Positions 37,346 through 49,789 of a stretch of DNA of 64,000 bases are shown here, piece by piece; positions within the stretch are counted from its first letter, which is position 1; every line of letters begins with the position of its first letter. The stretch is taken from NCBI RefSeq assembly GCF_036365525.1, contig NC_090380.1, positions 71,971,757 through 72,035,756 of the forward strand, given 5' to 3'. The position numbers and the translations under genes were made by a program. The DNA is from Heterodontus francisci (lineage: Eukaryota). The notes below the pieces were generated by a model that saw only the letters and a program-made list of their open reading frames with translations, searched no databases and was not told where the DNA came from.

Positions 37346-37954
37346 AATGTATTGCAGTGCAAGACTCCCCTTTCACCAGAAAGTTCTATTACTGTGACTG
37401 CTTTATGTGCCTGAACATTGATGCTGTTCTAGTCATAAAATGGGCAACAACATACCCTTAACCTAGTTGTGTCCCTTGAATCCATATCATTTTGTATTGT
37501 CATGAAGTGTTGGTGAAAAACATTTTCTGAGCATGACTTGGTTTTCTTGGCCTCCTTGCAGGGAAATACTAACATTCTCTTGACCTCCCCTCACTCTGCC
37601 AGCATAACAGACTAATATATTTTGTGTGTGTGTGTGTCTCTCTCTCTCTCTCTCATATTAAAGCAATCCATTTTGATTGCAATCTTTAAGGATTACTCTA
37701 ATCCTTTGAGTGCTGAGTCTTTAACTTCAAAAAAAAATCAGAATTTCTTTGACACAACCTAAAAAATTAGTTTTCTAATCATGAAACAAGCTGTACAATA
37801 TTTCTCTCACACTGTGTTTAATACAAAATGGAGAAAGATGTAAATTTTACTGCATGGGAAGGTAGTGCAACTCTTAAGAGTTGAATTTAAATATGTTCAT
37901 GATTATAATGGACTATTCATTAATCCAAATTTGATTTATTGATCTTCCTCCTAG

Positions 37955-38254
37955 ATGTCTTGTATGAAGTAGAATGGTTTTTGATCCAACAGTTCTTTAA
38001 CACAACACAAAGTCCTCTGGTGTTAGTAGATCAGAGGTCAGTGGTGACACATCTGAAAGACATTAGCTCCAGTGACATCAGTGTTGAACGTACAAGCGCG
38101 CATGAATTCCGTCTCCGAGTACACTGTTCTGGGAAGAATGTTGCTGGGAATTATTTCTGCAAAGTAACACCTTGGATAAAATCAGAGACTGGACTGTGGC
38201 AGAAAATGCCACCACAGCAATCCAACTCGCTTTCCATACGTGTTGATATTTCAG
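37955..38254 (+). CDS. PTGFRN: PTGFRN coding exon 8 (C-terminal part of Ig domain 6)
   Basis: tcctag| acceptor, cag|gttagt donor; 300 bp. DVLYEVEWF...FRLRVHCS...GNYFCKVTPWIKSETGLWQK. Confidence 0.93.
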
Positions 38255-38860
38255 GTTAGTTTTTGGTTTTGTTCATTGGGCAAAATTGAAGTGCATTGTT
38301 CTTCAATGTGGTTAGGGCTGTTTTCCAGGTTTCCTCGGGGTTTTTCATTAAAAAAAAATCCAAATGAAACTGGGAGAGGGAAGGAATTCAGATTGTTAAA
38401 TTAATTTATGGACATGTTGCTTTGTTCAAAAACTGTGCAATATTATTTGAAGCAAATGGAGAAGTATAATTTTTGACTTTCATTGGGTACTGTAAATGAG
38501 ATGCATCTTTCTATATAAAATTATATGTCCAGGTTCATGCTGACAGGTGCACAGCAACAAAGTAAGATTCTTAATTGGGGAATTGGACGTTTTTGCCAAT
38601 CAACAAAAAATTACAAATGTCAATTTGTCAAAATTAATTTTAAAAGCTGAATGCTAAAATTGTGATGAACTACTTATTCTGTTCTCCTTGCTCTCATTTA
38701 CACTTTTTAATGTAAGTTATGCCCTTCTGAAAGCATAGTCTGTTTCTTTGTGTGAATCTAGAGTGAAACTTTGCAGGCTATTCGACTGTTGATGGCATCA
38801 CAGTCCAATTCTTTACCCAATGTTCAGATACTCGTCTTTTCCAGATGGGTCACTAGATGG

Positions 38861-40707
38861 TGTTATGACCAAGGTGGGAGGAGTGCACTGTTAATTCAGT
38901 CCCACTTCTCCACAGGTCACAGCATATCAATAAATTTTCCCACTTACCCGAAACAGCCAATTAGTTACTCTTTGTCCCCAGAATAAAGAACACCAACCAG
39001 GTTTCTTTAATAAACAACAAAATTATCCATTTATTGGTTATGACTTGGTTTTATAATAATGAAGTAAATATATATATAGGAATTGAGATATTAAAGCTCT
39101 TTTTTTTTTCCTAGCCCTCGCGCACACGCACATACATCCAAAAATCAGTTAATCCAAAAAGATGGATTTTTGTTTACAGCTGTTTCAAAGGAATAAAAAG
39201 AATCTTAAATTGCAGTGATCTGGAAGGAAGTTCTTTGGTTTGGCGAGGTGTCTGAGAGTCGAATAGTTGGCTGCCACTCGAAATCTTTCCAGGCGAGATT
39301 GAACAGTCTGGGTTGGGTAGGCGTTCAAAGAAAATCAACAGTAGAAGGCTTCATATGGGTCTTCCATCAGGGGTATAGCAATAGGTGTCCGTTCTCGCAC
39401 TCGATGCAAAAGTACTTTTAAAGATGCAAAGTTTTTGCAAATATTCAGCGTTTCTTCAAAAAACGCAGGAGGCAACAGTACCACTTCATACAAGCTTTTG
39501 CTTTTCGAGAGCAAAGAGTCTTAACAAAGAAGTAATACTTGTCTGGTTCTTTTCCTGATCTCTTGGCAAGTCCATCTCAAATTCCAATTGCCTGCTTTTG
39601 TCCAAATCCACTGGCTTTTAAAGTTCAAAATGAAACTGTAATTTTCCAGAAACAAGTTACATGGCCACCATAAATCACTCCTTTGTCACTTGCTTGTAAA
39701 CTTTTTTTATTTCCAAAATATGCTTTATTCATAAACTGCAAAAAGTACATTACCAAACAGTTCCAAAAAGCACAAAGTCAAAAAATGCAAGGAGTGCAAA
39801 AGAGATCAGTTTCCTTCAATACAGGAGTGAGTTGCCTCACAACCCTTCCATTTCATTTTACATGCTATGTACATTTTACAGCAAACCAAATATTCTCTGG
39901 ATACAGTTGAGGGGTTTTTCATTGGTCCAGCCCCTCAGTTCACCTTGGGAGGTACCTTACACAGTGGTCTTTCCCCATTGAGCCTTTGCCGCGGCTGCCC
40001 CAAGCTTTAGTGCGTCCCTCAGCACGCAGTCCTGGACCATGGAATGTGCCAGTCCGCAACATTCTGTTGTGGATAACTCTTTGCGCTGGAAGACCACGTT
40101 TCGGGCAGACCAAGCGGTGTCTTTCACCAAATTGATAGTCCTCCAGCAGCAGTTGATGTTTGTCTCAGTGTGCGTCCCTGGGAACAGCCCGTAGAGCACA
40201 GACTCCTGTTAGAGCTGCTTGGGATGAACCTTGACCAGAACCACTGCATCTCTTTCCACACTTGTTTTGCAAAGACACATTCCAGAAAGAGGTGGACGAC
40301 CGTCTCTTCCCCACCACAGCCACTTCGTGGGCATTGTGCAGAGGGTGTGAGACTCTGGGCGTGCAGCAAGGATCTGACAGGGAGGGCTCTTCTCATCACC
40401 AGCCAAGCTAGATCTTGCTGCTTTGTTTGAAAGTTCTGGTGATGAGGCATTCCGCCAATCACTTGCTTGTAAACATCTGTCCCTTTAGGTCAGAAAACAA
40501 CCTCCCTGTTGGGTTCTTTGTGAGCAGGTGTTTTCCAGTAACTGTTTACATTCCACTCTCAGGTCAAACTCAGTCTCAAACCTTTTTCTTTTTAAAGAAC
40601 CACAAAGTTCAACCATCTCCAGATGATTCAATGGAACTGAAATCCTTTACAGTTTTTTAAAATATAGAATCCCAAGTTTTAGTACAAAAATGGAAATCCT
40701 CTTAACA
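38861..40707 (-). mobile_element. Solo LTR carrying a nested Tx1 LINE
   Basis: TGTTA...TAACA termini; exact TSD ATGG. Confidence 0.85.
39702..40458 (-). mobile_element. 5'-truncated Tx1/L1-clade LINE
   Basis: C-terminal Cys/His domain DLAWLVMRRALPVR...CPRSGCGGEETVVHLFLEC; poly(A) (T7 on +) with AATAAA; 16-bp TSD TCACTTGCTTGTAAAC (39686-39701, 40459-40474). Confidence 0.9.
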
Positions 40708-42029
40708 ATGGCAAACAGGAGTAATAACCCTTTTTAATTACTTTTCCTCTTCTTTCCTACCATGAGGTCACTGAAGCCCATCATAGCACGTGGCTGAAAA
40801 TAACTAAAAATATAGACCAAGGTTCAAGTCTGGAGCCTCCTGGCCTGTAGGGTTTGGTGTAAAACCAAGCAGTATCTTTAAATATTAGGTGATTAGGAAA
40901 AGCTCTTCATTCACTTCAGAACACAAAGATTGACCTCCAAGGGCAGGTTTGGCAGATACAGTTGGCCCTTGTGTCAGCAATTGTCTGTTGGCCTTTTTGG
41001 CGTTAGTAAGGCAATAACATTTATAATAGCTGGGGACACAATTACGAAGTGCCTTTTATAAATAAGCAAAGATCACTGGTTAAGGTCAAAATATTTAGAT
41101 TCCTTATGACATCTATGCATGGTTAACTCTAGGCAGAATGCAGTGTTTGTGATTCACCCTTTGCTAACTAAGGAGAGATTTTCCTTGTCCATGAAAATTG
41201 GATTGTCCCGATGCAGCAAATGCTAGAAAATCGAGCAGATTGGAATGCGTGTCTGTAAGATTTTCTTCAATTAATATAAATATTGGAAAGCTGTGTGGTA
41301 GTTTTGCAAGAATGTGTTCCAACCCAACCAATTTTCTGGAATTCATTGTGCCCTGGCAGGCCAGTGCATTAGGGTGCTTGCTAATGGTGGAATATCTCCT
41401 TTTTTGTGTTTGTCTATTTTGAGGTTATGTCATCCTGAAGGCAATTAAGCAGTGTTGTCAAGAGAAGGTTTCTATGACAACACAGTAATTGCTCATCTTG
41501 TGAAAGTAAACATGTAATAAAAGCTGGTTTGATTACATGGCTTAGATTTCTTGCAGCTGTGACACAACATGGATACTGAGCTGAGAAACAGAAGATAAAG
41601 TAACATAATCCTCACATTTATGGCATACAACCACAAAGTAGATTCTCCTCAATTATGTTTCTCAGTGATTTTTGCGGTGGTGCTTTTCCAAGGATAAAAA
41701 TAGCCTTTAGATAAAGGTAGCCTGTCTGACAATGCATCCATTTAGTTTGTATCTATGAACATAGACAGAGATGGGTCAAATAGCCTCCTTTTAACCCTAA
41801 TTATATTTAAGTTTAATTGAAAATGAGGCATAAAGGCTGTATTAACGACCAAGGGAATGATCAAATAGCTGAGGAGTGAATAGAAGTAGGGATCAAAAAT
41901 ACAATACTGGACTAATATGGTGCTAGAATGGAAAATGAGTATTTGCATAATGCAGCAAGGAACATATACTAATTGCATTTTTCTGAATTTTTTTTTCACT
42001 CTTGTACCTCTCCCTTTCTTTCCCTCTAG

Positions 42030-42193
42030 TGCTAGATTCCTTTAAGATGCCTTTGATATATGGGATTGGCATTGCCTTATTAATTGGAATTCTCGCCTGT
42101 ACAATTGGATATTGTGCTTCTCGATACTGCTCTGGGGAGCAAATTGGAGGAAAATTTGAGCAACACAGATTAATCCAGATGAGCACAGACTGA
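42030..42193 (+). CDS. PTGFRN: PTGFRN last coding exon 9 (TM helix, cytoplasmic tail, stop TGA)
   Basis: Long pyrimidine tract plus ctctag| acceptor. VLDSFKMPLIYGIGIALLIGILACTIGYCASRYCSGEQIGGKFEQHRLIQMSTD*, which resembles the PTGFRN C-terminus as recalled (VLNAFKYPLLIGVG...IGYCSSHWCC...RLMSMEMD). Exons 2-9 total 2579 nt and splice in frame. Confidence 0.93.
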
Positions 42194-45100
42194 CGATCTC
42201 TTGCAGTGTTGCAGGAGTGAGCGTTGGATGAACTACCGAAACTACCTACGCTCTGCAATTTGGGGAGGAGTAAAGCAGATGTTGAGGTGTCCGATGTCTT
42301 TTTAGAATGTTACCATGTGCAATGATTGTAAAAAAAATTTTGAAAGCCATGTTCAGATTTTTGAGTGGGGTAAAAATACTTCGTGGGAATGTCAGTGTGA
42401 TTTTGTTAATTATTTTTTAAGTGCAGTAAATGATGCTATGGAGATACTGCCAATGTTTCTCAACATCTGCCCATCTCTGTGGAGAAGATCCAACTCCAGC
42501 CACGTCTCCTTGGTCTCTGCTGGTCAGTCACTATTACTGTGGTTTCAAATTATTGGCGTGGGGGTGTAAACGGAACATCATTCTCTGGATGGTAATGTAG
42601 ATGGGGATTTGTTCTGTGAATGCAAGCTCAAAATTATAGTGAACTACGATGGAATTAATTCGAGCAGAGTGCCAAATTCTGCCAGCTTGCTTAAAAAGGC
42701 TAAAGTCAATAGAATAAACAGAATGTTAACACCGTTCTGGAATAGTCTTTCATTTTGGACAGAAGACTGTGGCTCGAAAGAAGACGAGTGGTTTCACTGC
42801 CAAGGACTAAAATGGGCTGTAACACAAGAGGTATTTTTGGGATGATTTACAGGGAGGGCCGAGGTTCCATTATAAATGATGCATTCCCAAGCCACTATTG
42901 AGAGAAAAATTGTGAAACTTTTTATTGCTGTCTTTGAGCATGCATGGGTTGAAATTTACACTGGAGAATATTGCTCTTGACATAGTCCACTCCAGTACAG
43001 CACGATTCAAGCTGATCTTGGTATGCAGCACCTATTTTTTACATCAATATAGTTACTGTGTAAATTTAAGCTGATATTACAATTAGATGCAGTTGTAAAG
43101 ATAAAAATGCAGCCTAAATTGTTAGCTGATTGCTGCTGGGCTGGCACTGATTGATAAGTTGGGGCAAGTGATTCAGTGTGGGATAACGTCACGCAATAAA
43201 TCACATTTTTTACACTTACTGCATATGACATACTTCTTGTTCTTTGACTACTGTATTTTTTTGTTATCAAAAAAATAGTCCAGAGGCACTGAAAAGGCTG
43301 ATTTCTGAACTGTTAGGAATTATTGACCAAAACTGTGATCCATCTCCCAGTCCTGGATTTGCACTTGCAAGACCAGTCAGTGGAAGAGCACTTTGTCCCT
43401 GGCTAAACAGTTCTAAACTACACACGCACTTCTAGTTTCACCACACCGTTTTAATACTGATGCTGGAGAGAGGGACAGAATGAGGAATCTTTTATAGATT
43501 GCCTCTTCCTCCCATTTTGTACACCAAGTAGGCAATTGGGGAACTAGGTCAATGGCTCTATTTCCCTCCTCTATAACTGACCTAAATTAGGTGCTGTGTG
43601 GTGCAAAAATGAAATTGGAGAAGGAGGCCTGCTGCTGCATGCCTGCCCCTACCAGCACTACCATGGATTTTCCTCACACCCTAGCTGGGAAGGCAGCTGG
43701 CTGCCCTTTCATTACCTCATCACATTAATGATGGCAGAGAGATGAAATCCAGGAAACCCATCCAATTTTCTTCGATTGTTGCTACAGATGCTGATCTCCG
43801 TGACTGGCAGGAGAGAATGGCAGTGGGGGGGGGAGGGGGCGGAAGCTGTATAAATTTTGAGGTAGCATTGCAAGGCTTGTTGAAACTGCTTTTTTGGAGA
43901 GTGAGCCCTGTAGTGGAAGCCTCTCCTTCTCCTTGGGCCCTGTAACCTTGCTAACTGCATGTAGCAGGATTGCTGGATCATCGCTGTCTCCCGGCAGCAG
44001 CAGGCTCCCTTTTGCCGGCAGGAACTCTGCCCTGCATCGATTTTAAACCATTCCATTCTGTTGAAATGGAAGCCCAGCCTCAAATTCCCCTTAGAGAATG
44101 AACCCAACCTGGATGAAAATCCAGATTTGAATATTTGCTTGTGGAACAGTACAATGGCTACACACTGCTGACCCCTCACTTGCAGGATAAATGATGCATG
44201 GTAGTTAACTGCTTCTACGGGAGAAATCAATTGAGTACAACACAGGTCTTCTATTGCCTCCAGCACATGCTACGAAGCAGAACATTTCTTTGTGCTTGGG
44301 GCGTGTATGCATTTTTGTTCTGTACGAGTTAGTGAACAAGCTAGGTGCCAAAATCACTTAGTGGGAATTGCTAATGCAATACTACAAAAAATCTTAAGTA
44401 TTTAATTGACTGAAACGCACTTCAGTAAAAATTAGAATTTTTGCTTAAAATATTGTTGTAAAGTAGTGGCTTTTTAATGATGGCACTTAAATGTATAACT
44501 AACTCTTCACAACCACTGACCTGAGTTCCAGTTGTTCGCTCAGTCAATTTCTCCTGTTTAAATTTTTTTTTTAAAACCATGGGAATTGTAACTCCCTACA
44601 TATAGACCCTTAGAAGTGTGTACCAGACTTAGTGGCAAGACAGTTGTTGACTGACCTTATGTATTCAAGTATTTCCTGTTCAGATTTCCAAATTGTGCAG
44701 TTTTATCATATATTTTGTCAAATCAGTTATTTAGACGATGGAATAAACCAGCTATCCATCGTGAAACATGCCACTGTTGGGATTTATCTCATGATGGAAG
44801 TTGCTGGCATATTGTAGGCACTGGAGCTGAGATCGAAGGCAGATGTTTGGGACCTTCAAATTTCTGTCCCTAAATTTGTTTTGTTTGGAACATGTCATTT
44901 TCTGGTGGCTTTGCTGCTGACACTTGGAATGTGACACAAGGATGGTGTTTTCTGTCTGTCTTTGAGGAAGCAACATTTTAAATCCTTAAGCTGATCAATC
45001 CATGAAACCGAGCCTGTTTAGGAAAGACCCAGATGTACAGTGAATGTGTTTTACAGCATGTATGATGGGTGGTGACTGAAGGAAAACATTAATCCAGTTT

Positions 45101-45850
45101 GAACCATCTGAGTTCTTTATTTTGTTTACTTCAGATGCCATTTTGCAATTCAAGTTTATTCTGTGATGGTTTAGATGTCACACTAGTAGTAGTGTTAGAA
45201 AATATCTAATAGAAAAGGTTTTCATTGTCAGAGCTAAATAGCAGGGGTGTATGCAGCCAGTTTAAAATTGGCCACACTTTCAAAGGATGCCCACTAGCAT
45301 GCACGTTTCTGAGGGAATCAATCTGTAACTTCACAACTGCTAAATTTTTAATCTTATCTCTTTCCTCTCCCATACGTCTAGGCTTTGAGTGCTTTCCTGT
45401 CACAGTACAGAGCTTGGATTGTAGATAGGAAACCCACTCTGATACGACATGGCGGTGTTTGAAAAAAAAAACACATTTTCCTAAATAATTTCTTGAAATA
45501 TTATTTCTGCTCTTAAAAGGGTCTACCATTCTCTTCAGGGTACTGATCTGTTGAAAATTTATTTTGGACTTGGGAGATGTCATAAATACATTCCAAGTGA
45601 GCTGTATCCTTCTGGCTCTTGCTTTGCACATAAGTGACAAGTCAAAATGACAAAATTTGTTAAACTAAAATTCTTAAAACATGCAAACTCTTAGCAACAT
45701 TTCAACTTTTAAAAAAAAAAAAGTTTAAACTTCCTCCTGTGCAAATTTACTGAAGTGTTTCTTACAGCTGTAAGTTGTATTTTTTTCAAACGTATGTACA
45801 CTTGCACTTAAAGCTTTGTTAATTAAAGTTTGCTCATGGTTTGTATTCAT
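42194..45850 (+). other. PTGFRN: Probable PTGFRN 3' UTR
   Basis: AT-rich, nearly repeat-free stretch after the stop. Candidate poly(A) signals are AATAAA at 42713, 43195 and 44742, and ATTAAA at 45822. Confidence 0.55.
45822..45827 (+). terminator. Candidate distal polyadenylation signal ATTAAA
   Basis: ATTAAA preceded by several TGTA motifs and T-rich sequence and followed by GT/T-rich sequence; the repeat-free region ends shortly afterwards. Confidence 0.45.
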
Positions 45851-47261
45851 ATGATTGCTAAATGTCTCTAGAAAGTTTTCATTCCTTACTAGTTCATCTT
45901 TTGTGGCATTGCTTAGAGACAAAGGCTCAAATATTTCTGCCTATCTCCTCCTAGTAACTGGCTCACAGTCTTCCACTCTCTGATCATTTCTGTTCCTCCA
46001 CTCTTTTTGCCCTACCTTTTCTTTGCTGTTTCTCGTGTCCAAAATGGGAGAAAAAAGTTCAATTTGGCAGGGCTATTTCCTGCTTCAGGGCTGCCTGCAT
46101 TTTGCATGGGAGCCTGCTCCATTCCATTTTTCATTCCTGCAGAGAACTAAACCCATGGTTCTTAAAGGGATCGCTGGGGGCTACCACAACTTATGTAAGA
46201 ATGTAGAGCCAGGAGAAGCAGGAATACTCCCTGATGCTTGTCCATCTCTTGTTCAGCTTCTCCTACATCCCCAGGGTCATGCTGAGGGCTGCTGCTGGTA
46301 GAGCAGCCAGATCAAATTGCAACTCTGGAGACCCAACCAGCAACTGCAGCATGCCAAAAATGAATAAGCTAAGGTCAGAGCAATATCTGACCCAGATATG
46401 GGAGCGGTGTTGGCAGTGTCTATTAGTTTGTAATGTTACCCTGAAATGGAGCAGAGGGGGGAGCAGGAGGAGGCATCTTGGACACCTGGTAACAGGATGG
46501 GCTGTCAGAGAACAGATTACTGGGCTTGGTTTTCAGCAATACTACTCCCCTGACCAATATAGACACACCTTTCCCCACCCTTGCATATATCTGAGCTGCC
46601 CTTTGGCCACCATTCAACAACAAAAGCCACCAACAGAAATCTTTGCAACATCTTTGCATAATTTGATTTGTTGGATAAACAACAATGAGCTACTCATTTT
46701 TGTGCACTCCCTTAGTGCCTTCCATTGTGTTCCTAACCAGTGCTGCTCCAGTGGTAGCAGCATGGCTGGGCAAAGCATCCTGCCTTTTCACTGGGCATGA
46801 AGGCAGGGGGTCTTGCAGGACACCCTGCAGTAGCTCTGGGACTTGAGGGCCTGTCTTTGCACTGCACTACCTCAACAATGTATGGCAGCAGTCTGGGCTG
46901 GTGAAATGTCAGTGATGGGAGCACGAATGCTGTCATCCTGAGAGAGGACAACAGGTTGGTGCGCTGATGCCAGTGCCTCTGCTGTTCCCATGGGCGGCAC
47001 CTCCAAAGGTCTATGAAGACAGATTGCTGGAATGCTGTGAGACGCTGCAAGCCCCTTTGAGCACTGGTATCTACAGTTAGGTCTGAACTTCCACTGCAGC
47101 ACTGAGTTGCTGTGTGGCTTCTGCCTGTGCTGCAGTGGAAGCTTTAGAAAAGTCCAAAACCATAGAAACATTTTGATCAAATTATAAACCTGGCAATCCA
47201 TCACCACCCAAATTACAACATCACCTGACATTTTGTTCTTGCAGAATTGAGATTTGGAAGA

Positions 47262-49440
47262 ACAATAGCCATTTGTATATAGTGTTTTTAATGTAATAAA
47301 ATGTCCCAAGGCACTTAGGCATTATAAAGCAAAATGTGACACTGAGTCACATAAAGAAGTATTAGGGCTGAGGACCTAAAGCTTGGTCAAAGAGGCCAGT
47401 TTTAAGGAGTACCTTTAACGGAGGAAAGAGAAGTAGAGTGGCAGAGAGATTTAGGCAAGGAATTTCAGTGCTTAGCTGAAAGCACAGTCATCAATGGTGG
47501 AGTGATTAAAATCAGGGATGCTCAAGAGGCCAGAACTGGAGAAGCATAGATACCTCGGGGTTGTGAGGCTGTAGGAGATTAGGGAGGAAATTGAAAACAA
47601 TAAGAATTTTAAAATCGAGGCATTATTAACCAGCAGCCAGTGCAGGTCAACGAGCACAGGGGTAACGGGTGAACGGGATTTTGTGCGAGTTAGGACATGG
47701 GCAGCAGAGTTTTGGATCACCAAGTTTACAGAGGGTGGAATGTGAGAGGCTGGCCAGGAGGGCGTTAGAATTCACAAGTCTAGCATTAACAAAGGTGCAG
47801 ATGAGGGTTTCAGCAGCAGATGAGCTGAGGCAGGGGCAGAGTTCTGCAATGTTACAGAGGAGCAAATAGGCAGTCTTAGTGACAACATGGATATGTAGTC
47901 AGAAGTTCATCTTAGGGTCAAATGATAAGAGGTTTTGAACAGTTTGGTTCAATCTCACAGTTGCCAGGGAAAGAGATGGAGTCAGTAGCTAGGCAACAGA
48001 GTTTGAAGCAGAGAATTTTTAAAAATGGCTTCTATCCAATATTTAACTGGAGAAAATTTCTGCTCATCCAGTACTGGATATCAGGCAAGCTGCCGGGCAA
48101 TTTGGAGACGGTGGAGGGGTCTAGGGAGGTGGTGGTGAGGTACAGCTGGGTGTCGTCAGAATACATGTGAAAACTAATGTGTTTTTGGTTGGTGTTGCTG
48201 AGGGGCAGCATGTAGATGAGAAGGAGGGCGCCAAGGGAAGATCCTAGCAGGGCACCAGCGGTAGCGCTGTGGGAATGGGAAGGGAAGGCATTGATTGTGA
48301 TACTCTGTTATTATTAGGTAAGAATGGGACCAGGTGACTGCAGCTGGACAATACTGGAGAGGTGCTGGAGGAGGATGGTGTGATCAACTGTGTCAAAGGT
48401 TGCAGACCGATCAAGAAGGATGAGGAGGGGTGGTTTGCCTTTGTTACAGTCACATGGGATGTCATTTGTGACTTTGATAACAGCTGGGGCAGAAACCTGA
48501 TTGGAGGGATTCGAACATAGTGTTCTGGGAAAAATAGGCATGAATTTGGGAGATGACAACACATTCAAGGGCTTTGGAGAGGAAAGGGAGGTTGGAGATG
48601 GGGTGGCAGTTTACAAAGGACAGTGGGGTCAAGGTTTGGTTTCTTGAGCCAAGTGATGCGACCGATATCGGCTAATGTGGGAACTAGGAGGAGACGTTGG
48701 GTGATCAGTAGCTTAGTGGTAATAGGATCAAGTGAGCAGGACCTGGGTTTCATGGACAAGATGATGTCGGAGGGGGCATAAGGGGAGATAGGAGAAAAAC
48801 TAGAGAAAAATACAAGTTTGGAGCTAGGGCAATTGGGAGGGAGGGAAGCGACAAAGGCAGCTGAATGGACAGTCTTAATCTTTGTCACAAAGAAATCCAT
48901 AAGCTTCTTGCACTTCTTGAAGGGTGGAGGAGACAAGGGAGAGGAGGTTAAGAAGTCATCTTGCAGTAGAGAAAAGAAGCCAGGGGTTATCTGTGCATTC
49001 CAGGCTGATCCTGGAATAGTGAGCAGTTTTAGCAGCCGACAGCAGGACCCAAGAGCAGTGCTTATGTTGTCCAGCCAGATCTGGCAGTGAATGGCTAAAC
49101 CAGTTGTCCACATATCCATTCAAATCTGTGTCCCTTGGACATAAGGGAGAAGAGGGCTGTAGCAGGAACAGCCAGACTGAGAGGAAGTAATGGTTTTAAT
49201 AGGGATGAGGACATCAAAGATGGAGGTGAGGATGTGGATGAGCAGATCATTAGCTGCAGAAATGTCATGGTGAAGGGAGAGCCCAAAGGCTAAACAGTTG
49301 GGATTTTGAGAGTGCAGTTGTATGTGAATTGGGGAAAGTTTTTTTCCAGGACAGACACAGAAGGAAAGTAGGGTTTGGATGGTGAAGCTGAATGTGGGTG
49401 GAGAGCAATGTAAGGAAATGATCAGAGATGAGCTAATCTG
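47262..49440 (-). mobile_element. Decayed L2 LINE
   Basis: SCSLDPITTKLL, LKKPNLDP, LLILLDRSATFDTVDH, IQNSAAHVLTRT, LHWL; L2-type 3' end. Confidence 0.85.
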
Positions 49441-49499
49441 TGATTGATAATATGGGAGTGGTGAGGCCACATGAAAGGGCAAGGTCAAGCAAGGAAGAT

Positions 49500-49660
49500 C
49501 AGGTACAAAACACAAGAAATAGGCCATTCAATAAGATAATGGCTGCTCCATCCCCATATCCCTGATTCATTAGGTATCCAAAAATCTATTGATCTCAGTT
49601 GTAAATATACTCAATGACTTAGGATCCACAGCACTCTCGGCTAGAGAATTCCAAAGGTGT
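49500..49660 (-). mobile_element. CR1 3' end fragment
   Basis: cacaagaaataggccattca..tactcaatgact..tccacagcactctcgg.tagagaattccaaag. Confidence 0.65.
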
Positions 49661-49789
49661 ATTGCTCCAAGGCTGTTTGCAGTGCTAAATGCTTTTTAAA
49701 AGCAAATATCTTTCATCAACCTACTACACTATTTATGGGAAATGGAGTCACAAGCAAGAAGATAAGAATGGTGCCTGGACTGAAGGGGG

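Noticed and set aside
21215-42193. Alternative identity IGSF8, IGSF3, CD101 or an antigen receptor (IgNAR/TCR)
   Set aside because: Six Ig domains with a split sixth domain and the TM/tail sequence fit PTGFRN. IGSF8 has 4, CD101 7 and IGSF3 8 domains, and no RSS or J/C segments were seen.
43712-44266. 184-aa minus-strand ORF in the 3' UTR, and ORFs 19710-20267 and 46234-46800
   Set aside because: No recognisable domain, composition typical of non-coding or repeat DNA, and no supporting splice structure.
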